Source of the DNA: Marsupella aquatica
Lineage: Eukaryota > Plantae > Marchantiophyta
Direction: 5' to 3'
DNA length: 64,000 bases
NCBI GenBank assembly: GCA_973895155.1
Contig: OZ316897.1
Location: 11,679,832 to 11,743,831 of the forward strand
Shown here: positions 24,192 through 37,100 of the stretch, in pieces
Layout of the letters: every line of letters begins with the position of its first letter
Position numbering within the stretch: the first letter of the stretch is position 1
Translations under genes and position numbers: made by a program
The notes under the pieces: generated by a model
Seen by the model: the letters and a program-made list of their open reading frames with translations, nothing else
What the model was told of the DNA's origin: nothing
The model's database searches: none

Positions 24192-24730
24192 TAATCTTAC
24201 CAAAAATCCAATCCTCTGCCGTGGCCAATTCCCTCGTGAAAACTGTCTCTTCCTGCCAAAGCCCGCAATACGAACCCTGAGAGGACACTTCAATGACCTA
24301 CTGCGATTGATCTCTTGTTGGACACTTCGATAAAGCCGGTGCTTTTCTACGAAGCGGGCGTCGTAAGCGTGAGGTCGCGAAAATTGACAAACAGGAAGAG
24401 TAGCTGGCCATAATCCACCAAATTAGGGCAGTGAGTTGCACTGAACAGAAACCTTCCTTCCTCCCGCTTCCCCTGCCCTACAAGAGTCTAACAGATTTCC
24501 TCCCGCCTTTCATCCCTTCACTTCACTTCCACGACCACAGTTGATCGAAGCACCTCTCTGCACCACCACAAGACAATCGTCAACAATCAGGGGAAGATAT
24601 CGTAACACACAAAACATCGCTCGTCGGTACGTTAGCTCGAAATACCTTTAATCGAATCGGCGTCTGGAGATTTCTTTCGTCTGCAGCAAGTATTCGTGAA
24701 AGCTTTCTTAGCTTCGCAGAGACGAGGAAG
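24192..24730 (-). repeat. 5' leader/promoter-proximal module of TFIP11 (copy A of a dispersed duplication)
   Basis: Collinear similarity to 27639-28215; GT donor at 24200 on the minus strand. Confidence 0.85.
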
Positions 24731-24977
24731 CCGCGAGCGACTGCCAGGCTGAGAGTTTCAGTAGTTCGTGCAATTTCAGACTTCGCTAGACTAATGGGTA
24801 ATTGTTGCGTTGTGTTGTTCTCCTCAACTTCTATTAAATTTATTAAAGGTCTTGCAGGCCCTTAAAGTGTTTTAGGGTACTGCCTAGCATTCAGGATAAT
24901 AATAGCCCCTTAAAACTTGAGCTCACATATTTGGGGGCATTGTAGCCCAGTTTTGCATTGTGCAAGGAAGGCCGCCC

Positions 24978-25072
24978 AGAGGGAGTGAGGTGGGGGCATT
25001 TATGGTGCAACATGAGGAAAGGCCAGCAGAGAGGGTGTGAGGTGGGGGCATTTATGGTGCAACATGAGGAAA
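24978..25072. repeat. Two 43-bp direct repeats (period 52)
   Basis: agaggg(a/t)gtgaggtgggggcatttatggtgcaacatgaggaaa, twice. Confidence 0.85.
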
Positions 25073-25435
25073 CACAATGCACCAGAGGTACCCATTTACA
25101 TCAATGGTCAATAAAAACAGCCAACACATCCAATGGGTGTGAATCTTTCCCACCGAGGAGTTTCTTGTATTGGGACAAAATACCAAAAAACACAGATCCT
25201 TTATTATAGTTGTTGATTATGGCAAGTAGACAATGAGATTATTATAAATATTCATTACATGAATTTATTTCTTTGTAAGTTTCAGGGCATTGATGGAGAA
25301 GATTGCCCTGGCCCGTCTTAAGTAAACCACCCTAAACCCTCACCCCTGTCTTAAATAAACCCACTCGTTTCTCAAAACTTTGTCAGGAAATTGAACCTTG
25401 AACTGTCCAGCATTCCAAGCATGGTACCCCCTCTA

Positions 25436-25995
25436 ATCCACCTTATCACTCTCCATTGAAAGATTACACACAGTGCAAAATGATTCTACAAACCCTCTCT
25501 AAGAAGAAAGCCCAGGGTCGTAGTATCCCCTCTACATCCACCACCGTATCTCTCTCCATTGAAAGATACACACAATGCAAAATGATTATACTAACCCTCT
25601 CTAAGATGACAGCCCAGAGTCAAGACGAGCACAACGCACTGAGGCACCCTTTCTAAGAAAATAGCCCAGAGCTAAAACGAGCACAATACACTGAGGAACC
25701 CTCTCTAAGAAAACAGCCCAACGAGCCCAATACACTGAGGCACCCTTTCTAACAAAAGCCCAGAATCAAAACGAGCACAACACACTGAGGCACCCCCTCT
25801 AAGAAAACAGCCCAGAGTCAAAACGATCGAAACACACGGAGGCACTCTTTCTAAGAAAACAGCCCAGAGTCAAAACGAGCACAAAACACTGAGGCACCCT
25901 CTCTAAGAAAACAGCCCAGAGTCAAAACGAGCACTGTATAAGGCCCCTCCTGTAAGAAAACAGCCCAGAGTCGAAACGAGCACAATACACAGGGC
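25436..25995. repeat. Minisatellite: about 8 copies of a ~52-bp unit preceded by two ~100-bp related units
   Basis: Consensus ctctctaagaaaacagcccagagtcaaaacgagcacaacacactgaggcacc. Confidence 0.9.
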
Positions 25996-26798
25996 TGTCT
26001 GTACAGCCGAGAATTAGAAAACAAGCACTTTACACTGAGGCGAGAGTGCAACACAGAGGATGACCCAAATATTTCATCGATTGGCAGCATCCATATCGCT
26101 TGAGTTCCCTTCAACTCATAAACCAGGTCGATGTTTTCCGTGATAGTGCCAATATTTTCGTGATGTGCACACAACGAATTCAATCTTCGGTATTACCCCC
26201 TGTGTTGGAAATTGAAAGCTAAGCAGAAAACACTTGAGCTGCTTGAGCTACATTGCTAAATCGATATTTCTAGTACTGCGTATCATCACCTTCGCTGGGA
26301 GTAAGCTAATCATCGTGGCCTACAGTGATTGAAAGCAGATCAGAGATTGACACCTTAATTGCTTAGCCTCACGAAAGGCCTGGAATCTTATAAAGTTGGT
26401 ACCTGTTTACAGAACCTGTGACGGCATGCCTGTTCTCAAAAATTTCTCGTCATAGAATGGATAGATCAAGTATAACGGACAATGAACCCTGAAGGGTCAC
26501 TTGAATCCACCGTCTTAACAACAACTTGGGTTACGGATCCAGCAACCGCAAAGGCAGACAAGTACGCAGAAATCCTTAGTGTCGGAATCTACCTTTGCAA
26601 AAAGTACTCTAATTCACCTATGCACTAGTTAGGGTTTAGGGTTGCGATCGAAGGGGCAGTTTCGGGGCAGAGCTCTTTCACGTAGAAGAGGACCCACAGT
26701 TGTTCGTGACATCAATCATGACAAAAAGGACGCTGCTGAAGTGCTGAAGCACTGGAAACTGCACACTTCTGAACACAATAAATGAATTGCTAAAATAA

Positions 26799-27245
26799 TT
26801 ATGAAGAGGTAGCAGCAGAGGCACCTTTACTCCCACTAACTAAATCAGGAGCCTGAGGTTCCGAAGGCGAGTCCTGTCCTTGCTGCATGGAGGTCCCTCC
26901 ACCTCCACGAATTCTAGATTCAGGCGTTCCGGTCAATGTCTCCCCTCTCAATGCAGCCTTGTACCGATCCTCTGTGTCCTCCTTGCGTTGAATCTCGCCG
27001 AGGAATTGTGCCAGTCTCTCCTTGTTGACTCTGCCCATGACCAGAGAATCGCGGTCACGGCCCCGTTTGAGAAGCTCGGTCTGCAGCTGCTCGTTGTTGT
27101 GATTGGTCGCGTTCATTATCCCCTGCCCTACGACCCAAGGTACCAGGAAGCACACCCCTGCAAAGGCCACCATGAAGCCCCTGGACGCTCGCCCTGATGC
27201 CACTATCCAACGCCATCCAGAGCTCTTCTCCCATAACCACGACAT
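26799..27245 (-). CDS. Conserved plant protein of unknown function with one predicted TM helix (148 aa, single coding exon)
   Basis: MSWLWEKSSGWRW...hydrophobic FMVAFAGVCFLVPWVVG...VNKERLAQFLGEIQRKEDTEDRYKAALRGETL resembles a small land-plant family recalled from memory. A 5'-UTR intron acceptor lies at 27315. Confidence 0.8.
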   Translation of the reverse strand: MSWLWEKSSGWRWIVASGRASRGFMVAFAGVCFLVPWVVGQGIMNATNHNNEQLQTELLKRGRDRDSLVMGRVNKERLAQFLGEIQRKEDTEDRYKAALRGETLTGTPESRIRGGGGTSMQQGQDSPSEPQAPDLVSGSKGASAATSS

Positions 27246-27638
27246 CACACCCCCACCCACCTGACTGACTATGTTCCACCAAACACATTAACGCTATGGC
27301 TCTCCCTTAGGAACCTACATACAAAAATTTCTCTACTTTAACTTGAAACCGACTGTGCCCAGATGGTGCTCCTAAGTGCAGAACCTCAACTTTAGTCGCT
27401 GAGAGTGACGACCAGGTTCCAATTTAATAGATTCAGAAATTCAAGCTGCAATAGCTCTCAGTCCAGCATGCAACTTCGCTCTAAAGCTCAACCAGCTCAA
27501 CTTCATTCACTTCAATTCCTTCAAAGACTAGTCTCAATACAGCCCACTAAAGGATGTGACCACGGCTTAAGAGGATCACTACAATAACTCCCAATGTATG
27601 AAGGGTTGATCTCACCAGCTCACCCAACCCAACAGAAC

Positions 27639-28215
27639 TAATCTCACAAAAAACCAATGCACTGCCGTGGCCAATTCCTTCGTCAAGAAAGTCTTAAAAA
27701 ATACTGCTCCTGCCCGCCAAAGCCCCGAATCCAAAGTACAACCCTGAGATGGCACTGCGATGACCCACTACGATGGATCCCTTGTTGAACACTTCAATAA
27801 CGCCGCTGCCTTTCTACTAAGCGGGCGTCGTAAGAGTGAGGTCACGAAAATTGACAAACAAGAAGCGTAGCTAGCTTTTGGTGGGCCATGGAGTTGCTCT
27901 GAAGAGAAACCTTCCTTCCTCCCCTGTCCCCTGCCCTACTAGAGTCTCACACGTTTCCTCCCACCTTTCGTTCCTTCACTTCACTTCATTTCATTTCACT
28001 TCCACGAACACAGCTGGTCGACGCACCTCTCTCTACCACCACAAGACAATCGTCAACAATCAACATCTGTGCAGGGAGATATCGTGAGACACAAACGTCA
28101 CCTGCACCGCCACCTTATTTAGCTCGAAACAGCTTTAATGGCTTTTGGCGACTGGAACTTTCTTTCGTCTGCAGCAAGCATTTGTCGAAGCTTAGCTTCG
28201 CCAAGACACGGAAAT
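27639..28215 (-). repeat. 5' leader/promoter-proximal module of the small gene (copy B)
   Basis: Collinear with 24192-24730; GT donor at 27647. Confidence 0.85.
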
Positions 28216-28919
28216 ATAACGAACTGCAAAAGAACAAGAGGGTTGGAGACTTGGAGACATGATCCTTGAGGCACCGGACCCAATCAAGGGAGGGGCACCC
28301 AAGGAGCACTGCTGGTTAAAATCTAAAATGTGTTAATGCTCCCCCATTTCCATAGGACCCGGTACATTGCCTGTCCCAGTCATGCTAATGCTTGCTCAGG
28401 TCTGAGTTTGCCAAAACATAACTCAAGATTTTACCATTTTGTCACCCATTCCAGCCCAATCAACATTGTGTCATTGACTTTGGGTTTATGTTCTGGCACC
28501 CTTCACTTGTTGTAGTTTGCTCCAACCCAATTCACTTTGTGTCATTGATTTCTTTCTTGTGGAGTAGTGGTTTATGTGATAACATTTATTTCCAATGGAG
28601 TCATGCTTGCTTTGTAAAGAGTTATAATTGATAGAGTCTTGGTTGATGTTTTGCCAATTGCTACTTCTCTATGGAGTTGTGGTTTATGTTATGGCAACAA
28701 AGTTTTTCAACAGAGTCATGCTTGCTTTGTAACATAGTCGAAGTGTTGCATAGCCCCCAAGGCCAGCCAAGTGGGGAATACTTTTTGGAAGGGTGGAATC
28801 TAGCAAATTTGTGCCCAGCAGTTGAGTGTTGTGTCATCAATGGATGTTGGCTTAGAATTATGTCCACCATCTATGGTCCGAGAGTCTGGCATGTCTGGCC
28901 GTTGGTGTTTTGCGCCATC

Positions 28920-29580
28920 TTAATGCCCTTCACATTTTCCCCATTTGTATTTTTAGGGCATTCTGGAGCATTATGCCCCGATCAAGATCTAGATCATCTT
29001 TTAAGAAAGATTCTCCTAAATCAGATTCTTCTAATTTGAAAGACACTAATTAGAATTTTAGTGTCTTTGAATCTGAATTAGACTAAGATTTAAAATAACA
29101 AAATCTCTCATGCTACTGAAGCTCTAGTTTTTCAGGGCATTATATCTCATAATGCACTCTAAACAGAACTTGATGCCATTCATGATTTTTACTTTTGTAG
29201 TTTACAGGTCATTGTGGAGCATTCAGGGCATCATCTCCCATAATGCACTCCAAACAGAACTTTATTATATACTCAATGCCATTACAGAACTTTACTATAT
29301 ACCTAATGCCATCTATGATTTTATGATTTTCCCTTTTGTATTTTACAGGGCATTCTTGAGCATAATGCCCTGGTCAAGATATAAATCACCACTTTAGGAA
29401 TATTCTTTTTCTTGTCTACTCAAGTTAGAACAAACAGAAATATCTCAAGAATGCCCTCGTCAAGATATAAATCACAGCTTTAGGACTCTTTTTATTGTGT
29501 ACTAAAGTTAGAAAAAATAAAAATATCTTTGTCCTCATGTCTCCTAATGGGGCATTATATTATTTCCCATATTGCCCTCT
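28920..29580. mobile_element. MITE-like/non-autonomous element remnant rich in AGGGCATT/AATGCCCT motifs
   Basis: The motif or close variants occur about 10 times in both orientations, with internal direct repeats (gggcattct..agcat.atgccc..tcaagat.ta.atca). Termini and TSD could not be defined. Confidence 0.4.
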
Positions 29581-31140
29581 GAACAAAAGTCTGATTACTC
29601 TGCCCCTCTTCGATACCGAAAAACAGGGGAGGAAAGTCGAGACGTTCTTGGAAATGATAATGTGGGGGACTACCAATAAAACGAACATCGTGGCACCGAA
29701 TTCTCGTCGTTGCTGGGAAATGCGACGGATTCGCAATGCGATTGAATGAGTGAACTTACATCACGCACCGACATATCTTCGACTTCTGATTCTGTGATGA
29801 CGCTCAGTTTTCAGGACAAACAAACAAAGAGAAAATGTCTTCTTCGTTTTGAACGGCAGCTGCTTTTTCCAATTCGCAGATCGACTCGGTGGCTCAACAT
29901 TTCTCGTGTGAAGTAGAGTTCCGGATGGTAATGGATCCCGCTCGTGTCGTCGTGGATGCTCTCCAACTTATAGAACGCTGGAACAGGTGAAATTGTGCGC
30001 TTTAAGGACTCTTCCATTCCAGTGCTTGACTATGATACTGTAATGTTTTCTTCGTTGCGAAGAGAAGCAGGCTTTTTTCAATTCGCAATTCTCAACGCGA
30101 TTCGATTACCTTGTGACCGTCGCTCGTGTGAATTGTGGTGGTGGACGTCTGGACCGTACCATCCCGCTCATGTTTCCGTGGATGCTCCCCTAAAATATTG
30201 TCAAAGTGCAATGTCTATGACGTCGTGACTATATAGGGATCGCTCGTGTAAAGTCCGCTGTTGGACGGTACTGTAATGGACCTGCTTTATAAAATGTTGG
30301 AACAGCGGAAAGTGCGCAATTAGGGACTGTCCCGTGCTTGAATGACGGGTGGATTAACTTGCTCTTGAGCGCTGGCAAATCAATGGCACAATCCAAGGTG
30401 CATGGCAGACAAACCATCGTCAGCCACAGTAGAGTATGACACAAGGAAAACGTCCTCACTAATTTATGAAAGGAGCGAGCATTTTAATCCAAAGGAGGAA
30501 GACTATCAAGTTTGGAGGCTTTGATGACCCTGGATGCTGGATTTTGTTCGGAGTGGTCGGTTGCTCCTGGTGCTCTTTTCTGTTGCTCTTGTGATCACGC
30601 GGAGGTAGTGGCGTTCAGAAATCGTTCGTCTCGCTCAGTGTGAAGCAACTGGTTGATGATTGAGGAATCGCCTCGAGATAATTGGCATTCAAGTCAGGCC
30701 ATCCTTGGTTGCGAAAGTGAAAATTTCGAATTCGTCCTTCGAGGTAGGTTTGTGATGTATCGTCTCGGGTGTGGCCTTTCCTACTAGTGCATCCACATGA
30801 TTGATCCACGAGCCGCAAGGAACAGGGCGGCGGGTGAGCTAGCTCGTCCACGATTGGAAACTGTGGCCAGATGCCGTCAACGTCTTGATCAAGGGGAATA
30901 ATGAGGCGGCCAATTCGTGTCCCTAAATTGAATTGCCGCTATGGAAATGACGGATGAGATGGATAGCGCGACTGTTTGCTAATGCTGACCAGTAATTGTT
31001 ACATCACGCCAGTGCTTCGAAGATCAGGAAAACCTACATCGGTGGCTGTGGCTGTGGCTGTTTCTCCTTTGGAGTTTGGTTTCGTGGGACCAGCATCGGG
31101 AACGTAAGTCGTGAGAGCTATAGTTTCCGTCGGGGGAGCA

Positions 31141-34100
31141 ATGGAGGCCATAAATAGGTGGAACGCGCTACCGGAGGAATGCAAATCCATGATTCTGTCA
31201 CGCCTGTCCACCAAGGAGGTTGCGAGGATAGCGAGGGTAGGTGTTCTCCACCATTTCGGGGGGACGTGGAAAACATTATGTGACATTCTGGTACTTGAGT
31301 TTAGAGGTATTTAGGGTGACTTAAAAACCATCTGCATTCTTGAATTTGGGAGATAAGGAGCGTGGCTGAGTTACACGACAAATGTTGTTCCAAGTCAGTC
31401 ATGTCGTGAATTTGCCAAGATTGGAGTTCGTTGCGTGGGATGATTGCGATAGTGTTTTTCGATCGGGCCACAGGATTCTCTCAGCTGACAGTCCTTGATA
31501 TCTTCATGATCCAGGTCTCCAAGGAATTTTTGAGGGCCGTTAATGTCTTGAGAAGCTCTGTGCAGCTTTTGGTTTTACCACCGACATTGTCGGCCTCTGG
31601 TTTGGAAGGAATGGTAAATTTCGTTTCCCTTGGACGTCCAAAAAATACAGCAGATCGAGTTCGAGAGTGTTTGCCGATTTTGTTGACGAATTCATTATGA
31701 GAGAATTTGTTGAGGGAAATGAGAAAAATTATAGTAGATGTGGAGGACACCAAATTGGTCATGATTGGCGTTCCTGACGTAGAATATGAATTTCTGTGGC
31801 TTGTTTCCAAGAAATTAAGTGAAAGCCGTAGCTACGAAGTCCCAACCGAAGTATCAACTAAATTGATGGCCGCAATTTCGTTGAATTTGAAGTCATCCTA
31901 CCCTTGGCAATCAGGATCTGCTAGTCATTGAAATACACTCGTAATGCAGCTGCTATTGTAGTGTTATCTGATTGTGGAACATATAAGCAATGGCTAACAG
32001 CAATCTCGTCAAGACTTGTAGATTTCAAATTCAATTCTTTCGCGAGTAGTTTCCATCTCACACAAGTTTTTGTGAAGGTTATCGAGGAGGCCGTCCATTA
32101 GACGAAATGCTTCTGGATATAAAATCCGTTTCTTTTGAGCTTACATTTGAGCTGGGTCACTAGTCTTGAATCATTGCGATTGGACCTCCGATCTTGCGTT
32201 ATTGTACAGCCTGATTAATTCCATGGCTTGTTCTGTAACTTGGATTCATATCCAACGGCGCCTTCATGATAATTGCTTATTTGCTCTTGAGTAACTGTCA
32301 AATCTTTTTGCTATGGCAGGTCACTGCTCATCCAAACGTCAAATCGCTTAGTTTCAAACGCTGTGGTAAGGTCTCGTCAGCTAGGCCTTTCTCTTGACCA
32401 AGGCCTGTTTGATCTAAAATAAGGTCTCTTAAATCAAGGGTAGAGATTTTTGTTGGGCTTTCTTTGCAAGGGTGCGGCCGTCCTGTTTTCAATCTCTTGT
32501 GCTTGATAGCTTTAGTTTCTGCTTTGACCTGATTCTTTGTCTTCGATCTGGCTGGGTTGTTATGATGACGCAGGTGCCAAGTTAAAGAGTTTTGTGCCCA
32601 TAATAAAGGCGGCAGCTACTGGCTATACCACAGTGGCAGAAAATGACAGGCTTGATTCTCCAGTCATGGAGAAGAAAATATTGCGATCGCTCAAAGAAAT
32701 TGACTTTAGAAATTGTGGCAACCTTATAGATACTGATATCAGCATCCTCTGTTCTCTTCACACAATGGTGAGTCCCAACCACTCAAGTTCTGTATAAATC
32801 GGTCTTCTGCCTGTCATACCCTTCTGTAAAATGCAGACTTCTGGAAGCTGAGGATTATCTTAAATATTGACTTAGCACCGACGATAATTGGGTGGGGGAG
32901 AGGGGTTGCGTTTGTGATCTGGAGTTTTGCAGCTGCAACTGGAACTTGCTATAGCTGTTCGGTGTGCCAACAAATACGCTGACAATTTTGGTACACGCTT
33001 TGGCGTGTCACACCCTTTTTGTCATTGTGGCAGCTCGAGAAGGTGGACTTGACAAATTGTCCTTTCATGACTGATAGTGGTCTTCTGACGCTCTCGCGGT
33101 ATCAGCATTTTGAAAAACCGGTTGCCCCACTAGAGAAATACAATTGTTATCCCAGGGTTTTTGACAAAGCGTCAAAGTCGACGTCGGATACATTCACAGA
33201 AGCTGAGGAGATGTTTCTGAAAGACACTGATGCCGCCCTATTTGAGGAAATACAGGGACTAGGACTGAATTCCAACAATTCTCGAAGTTGGCCAAGGATA
33301 AGTGAAAGAGCCCGGAAGGATTCTGCAGCTTATCCTCAGTTCAGCAGCCGCAAGTATGAGGAAGGAAAGATAATCGCAGCTTCTCCATATGCTGGCATGT
33401 CTAGAAGAGTATACAGTGCTGCTGCGAATCCCAACATGGGTCCAAAGAAAAGCTATGCGCAAATGGCGGCAAGCTCCTTGGAAAGACCACGGTCTTGTTC
33501 TCCTGATCTCCACATCGGCAAAAGCACTCCCACTCCCACTCCCACACCCACGTCCACACCTCCTAGTGGTCAGCCCATCCAACGTGCTGAGCAGAATTCA
33601 CCAGTATCCTTACTAGAGAAACGTGACCGTGAACCTTGCAGTATCGAATCCCCTATGCCGGCTCATCTGGATCCTTCGATTACCTTCATAGACTGGAACT
33701 TCTCTGATACTGTCAAAACTGCAAGATCCGACTCTCAACTTGTGAATAATGGAAGTATTATCTCCAGTACTGGATTTTGCTCCTCAGCATCAAACACTCT
33801 GAGTGCTGACATCTCCAATTCCGAAATTGATGCAACAAATAGATACAGGGACATGTACAAGCATTATTTAATTGATGAGGTAGAGAAACCACCGAGTGAT
33901 TTACCTGATTTGATCAGCAAATTGTGCCTAAGCACTGCGAAGGACCTAAGTCAAGCATACTACAACCCCACCTCAATGCAATTGGAACAAAATGGAAGCC
34001 AGTATGCCAAAATCGAAACTGGGATCTCTGGTAATCAGATGATCAGGACGCAAACAAGTTTGCACTTCCCAAAACTTCCCGTTGGCGGTACCGGCGACAG

Positions 34101-37100
34101 GCAAAAGGCGATTTGCGTTGCCGTTGGCACTGAAATTCGAGATCAAAGAGTTCAGATTGACCCGGTACGGAACGGAGATAGAGTGACAGCAGACGACCTC
34201 TCAGAGGCATTCTGCCGGACGGTTAATGAAGTCGGTGTATTTGTAGTTCCGGATGCTGACTCTGATCAGGATGAGCCCGGTGAAGGAGCCTCCCGCAGCA
34301 ACTACCTGGAGAACGGCACACGTCCAGCTTCCGGAGAGAGCAATAATTCTTCTCATCTGGCGATTTGCCTGCCAGACTCTGCAAATATTGGTGGGATGCT
34401 CAGAAGAAATATGCAATCCATGCGTGATGAGAATTTATTCGGCTCTGAGACAAGCTTTGGAAATGAGGCACCTTTGGACTTCGATATGGACGTGTCCAGA
34501 AATGTTCCAGGGTTACGAGCAGTGTCCGTAGCCAGCTGCCCCGAAATTACTGACAGAGGTGTTCAGGTACTCCTAAATTTCCTAGTCAGTCAGAAGTATT
34601 ATCCTGATACCTTTTTTGTTATGTTTTGTCATCTGCCACTGCTACTGTTTCCTGATGCGAACGGGCGGGGGTTGGGGAAGGGGAAGTCAATCAACATCAA
34701 AAGAGTATTTTCCAAAATTGAACGAAATAGGTGTTCCTCTCTGTTTTAAGATACCTATTGGTAGTTTTCATATTAAAAAATTTTACCAGGGCGGCAAAGA
34801 ATCCACACCACTTCCACTATTTCTCTTCAAGTTAATCTTATCAATCCAATCCTTGACTTTTGTACTGACTACACTGAGGATGAGTTGACCCAGAACATTT
34901 GATTGCCTTCGTCTTGTCCTCTGCGGCACTGATGATTTTGTTTGAAGTTGGAGAAGTAAGAACAAGGACAGAAATCATTATCCCGTTCAAAACTTGCTTC
35001 ATGATCTTTTCGAATATGCAAAGAGTGCAATAACAGATGAGGAATGACTTCGGACGTGTCAAGTGAAAGGTTTCGCTGCATTCAAGTATCTAATGAATAC
35101 TTCAGAGCAGGGTGCTTTGTTTTGTGTTTGTGTGGAACCTCATTTTCGGAAATAAACTGCAGGCTCTGTTGAAAGGGACTTCGAGGACTTGTTTGGCCAC
35201 GTTAGATGTCTCCAGGTGTGGAGGTGTAACAAATGCCGGACTTAAGTTACCATCCAGGTCTGGATTGCAACAGTTGATTGCGGTGCAAATGCCAGCCATC
35301 AGCAGACTAGTATACCAGCTACCAGTTCAAAGTGTTCTCCAGCACCTCAATCTTGCAGGTTGCTACAAGGTATTATCCTGGTTGTTTGGGTTCCCGATTC
35401 TGGTCGGTTGTGCATTAGGCTTCGCATTTGGATGTTGACCCGTGATGGCTTGGCTTGCAAATGGAAGGAAAGGCATTCTGCTCCCTGGGTTTATGGAGTG
35501 GACAACACTATCTACCTACTGTATTCTTTTCGAGTCAAAGGTCCAGGAATACTACCAGAGACTTATGTTTGGTACTCATTTTTCAGCTGGAGGAGTTGAT
35601 GTTAGTGGCATCGTCGCTGAAGACTCTCAATCTTTCCAATTGCAAGAAACTGGCTCGACTTCATCTGAAGTGTCCTTCTCTCACAGCACTCAATTTATCT
35701 CTTTGCGGTACTTCCATTAACTACTTTTCCGTGAATTATTTATCTTGTTATGTCCTGCTTAAGCCCCTTTAGTTTAACTGAAGACCCTCTCCCAGAAGTT
35801 GTAAGATGCTTATCTTATTGGATTAAATGTGGATGGGTTGCTTACCGCATTTTTTCATATTTGCTGACGAGCCTTAACAAGGACAACTTATTATGAATAT
35901 AGGTGTGTTGGGAGATAGTTTGGAATTTTTCTTATATCGGAACTTAGTTGAATTAGTTTGTACTCCCTACGAAACAGAGAAGTTTGTACTTCCTAAAAGA
36001 GCAGTACATTGTAGTGAGGCTTAATATTGGGTCTTCAGTGACTTCTGATCTCTCGGTGATGCTCTATCCTCGCAGTAGCTTCTATTTTATCCTGCCGTCG
36101 TTTTCTTCTGTAATTTCAGTAGATTTGCGTCCGCCTTTACTCTGTTACTTGATTGGGAGGCTTCTAAACAAATGTGGCAGTACATGCCCTGACAAATTTA
36201 GTTGAATTTCTGTTCCTGATGGCTTGTTCTGTTAAATTATGCAGATGGATTGGAGAGGTTCTTCAAATTTCAATGTAATGCACTGCAGAGTTTGAACGTT
36301 ATGGGTTGTCGGATGTTATTGCAAACTTCTTTAAATTCTGCTGTCGATTCAGCTCCAAGTCTAGAGGATTTGCGTTGTGGAGGCTGTGATCGTGTTGAAA
36401 GGCTGGATTTAGTCCAGTCGACGTTATTAACGCTGGATGTTTCTGGCAGTCAATCTTTGAAAAGGTTTGCAGCATGTCATCCGAAATTTGTCGTATCTGA
36501 TTATTTCCGTTGCAGTAATGAGTATGGACATCAAGATGGCACTCGCCATCTGTGGGAGCGTCTGGGGTGCCTAAGACAATATAGTGCGATCTTGAGTTAG
36601 GGGGATTAGTAATGTATCTCTGTACCTAATCATTCCGTGTGTGACTTAATGACTGAATGACTGAATGAATGAATTTTAGTTCCTTGTTTGGATTGGTAGA
36701 TTCTGACACTCCTCTGATGTACCAAATCCGTGTCTAACTGATTTTTACCACGGATTTATTTCAGGCTTTATTGTCAATCAAAAGTTTTGAGAGTTGTTGA
36801 TGCATGCGGATGTAAAACTTTGGTGGAAGTGTACCTCTACTCCCCATATTTGCGGCGCATGCTATTCTCCAATTGTGCACTTTTGCAAACCTTGGTTCGT
36901 GATACTACTCAGTCCAATTTTCTTTCTTTTGGTGCTCTTTTTATGCGTAATTTCTCAACTTGACTCAGACTATTGAACTCTTGTGTCCCATTTCGTGGTT
37001 GGCTGCAGGTAATACCTCTAGACGCCATCAAAGAAACCATGGATGCAGCTGCCTCTCGAAGCAAAAAGGATGGCAATGCAAAACAAGATGAGTTAGAAAT

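Noticed and set aside
24347-24403. Peptide FLFVNFRDLTLTTPA conserved in both leader copies with three synonymous changes
   Set aside because: There is no in-frame ATG in either copy, two other changes are non-synonymous or nonsense, and there are too few sites to infer selection.
25380-25445. tRNA or tRNA-derived SINE head on the minus strand (GGTTCAATTTCC)
   Set aside because: The B-box is imperfect, and no cloverleaf, tail or TSD could be identified.
25594-25995. CRISPR-like periodic array
   Set aside because: Units are similar along their whole length with no unique spacers, there are no cas genes, and the context is eukaryotic. It is a minisatellite.
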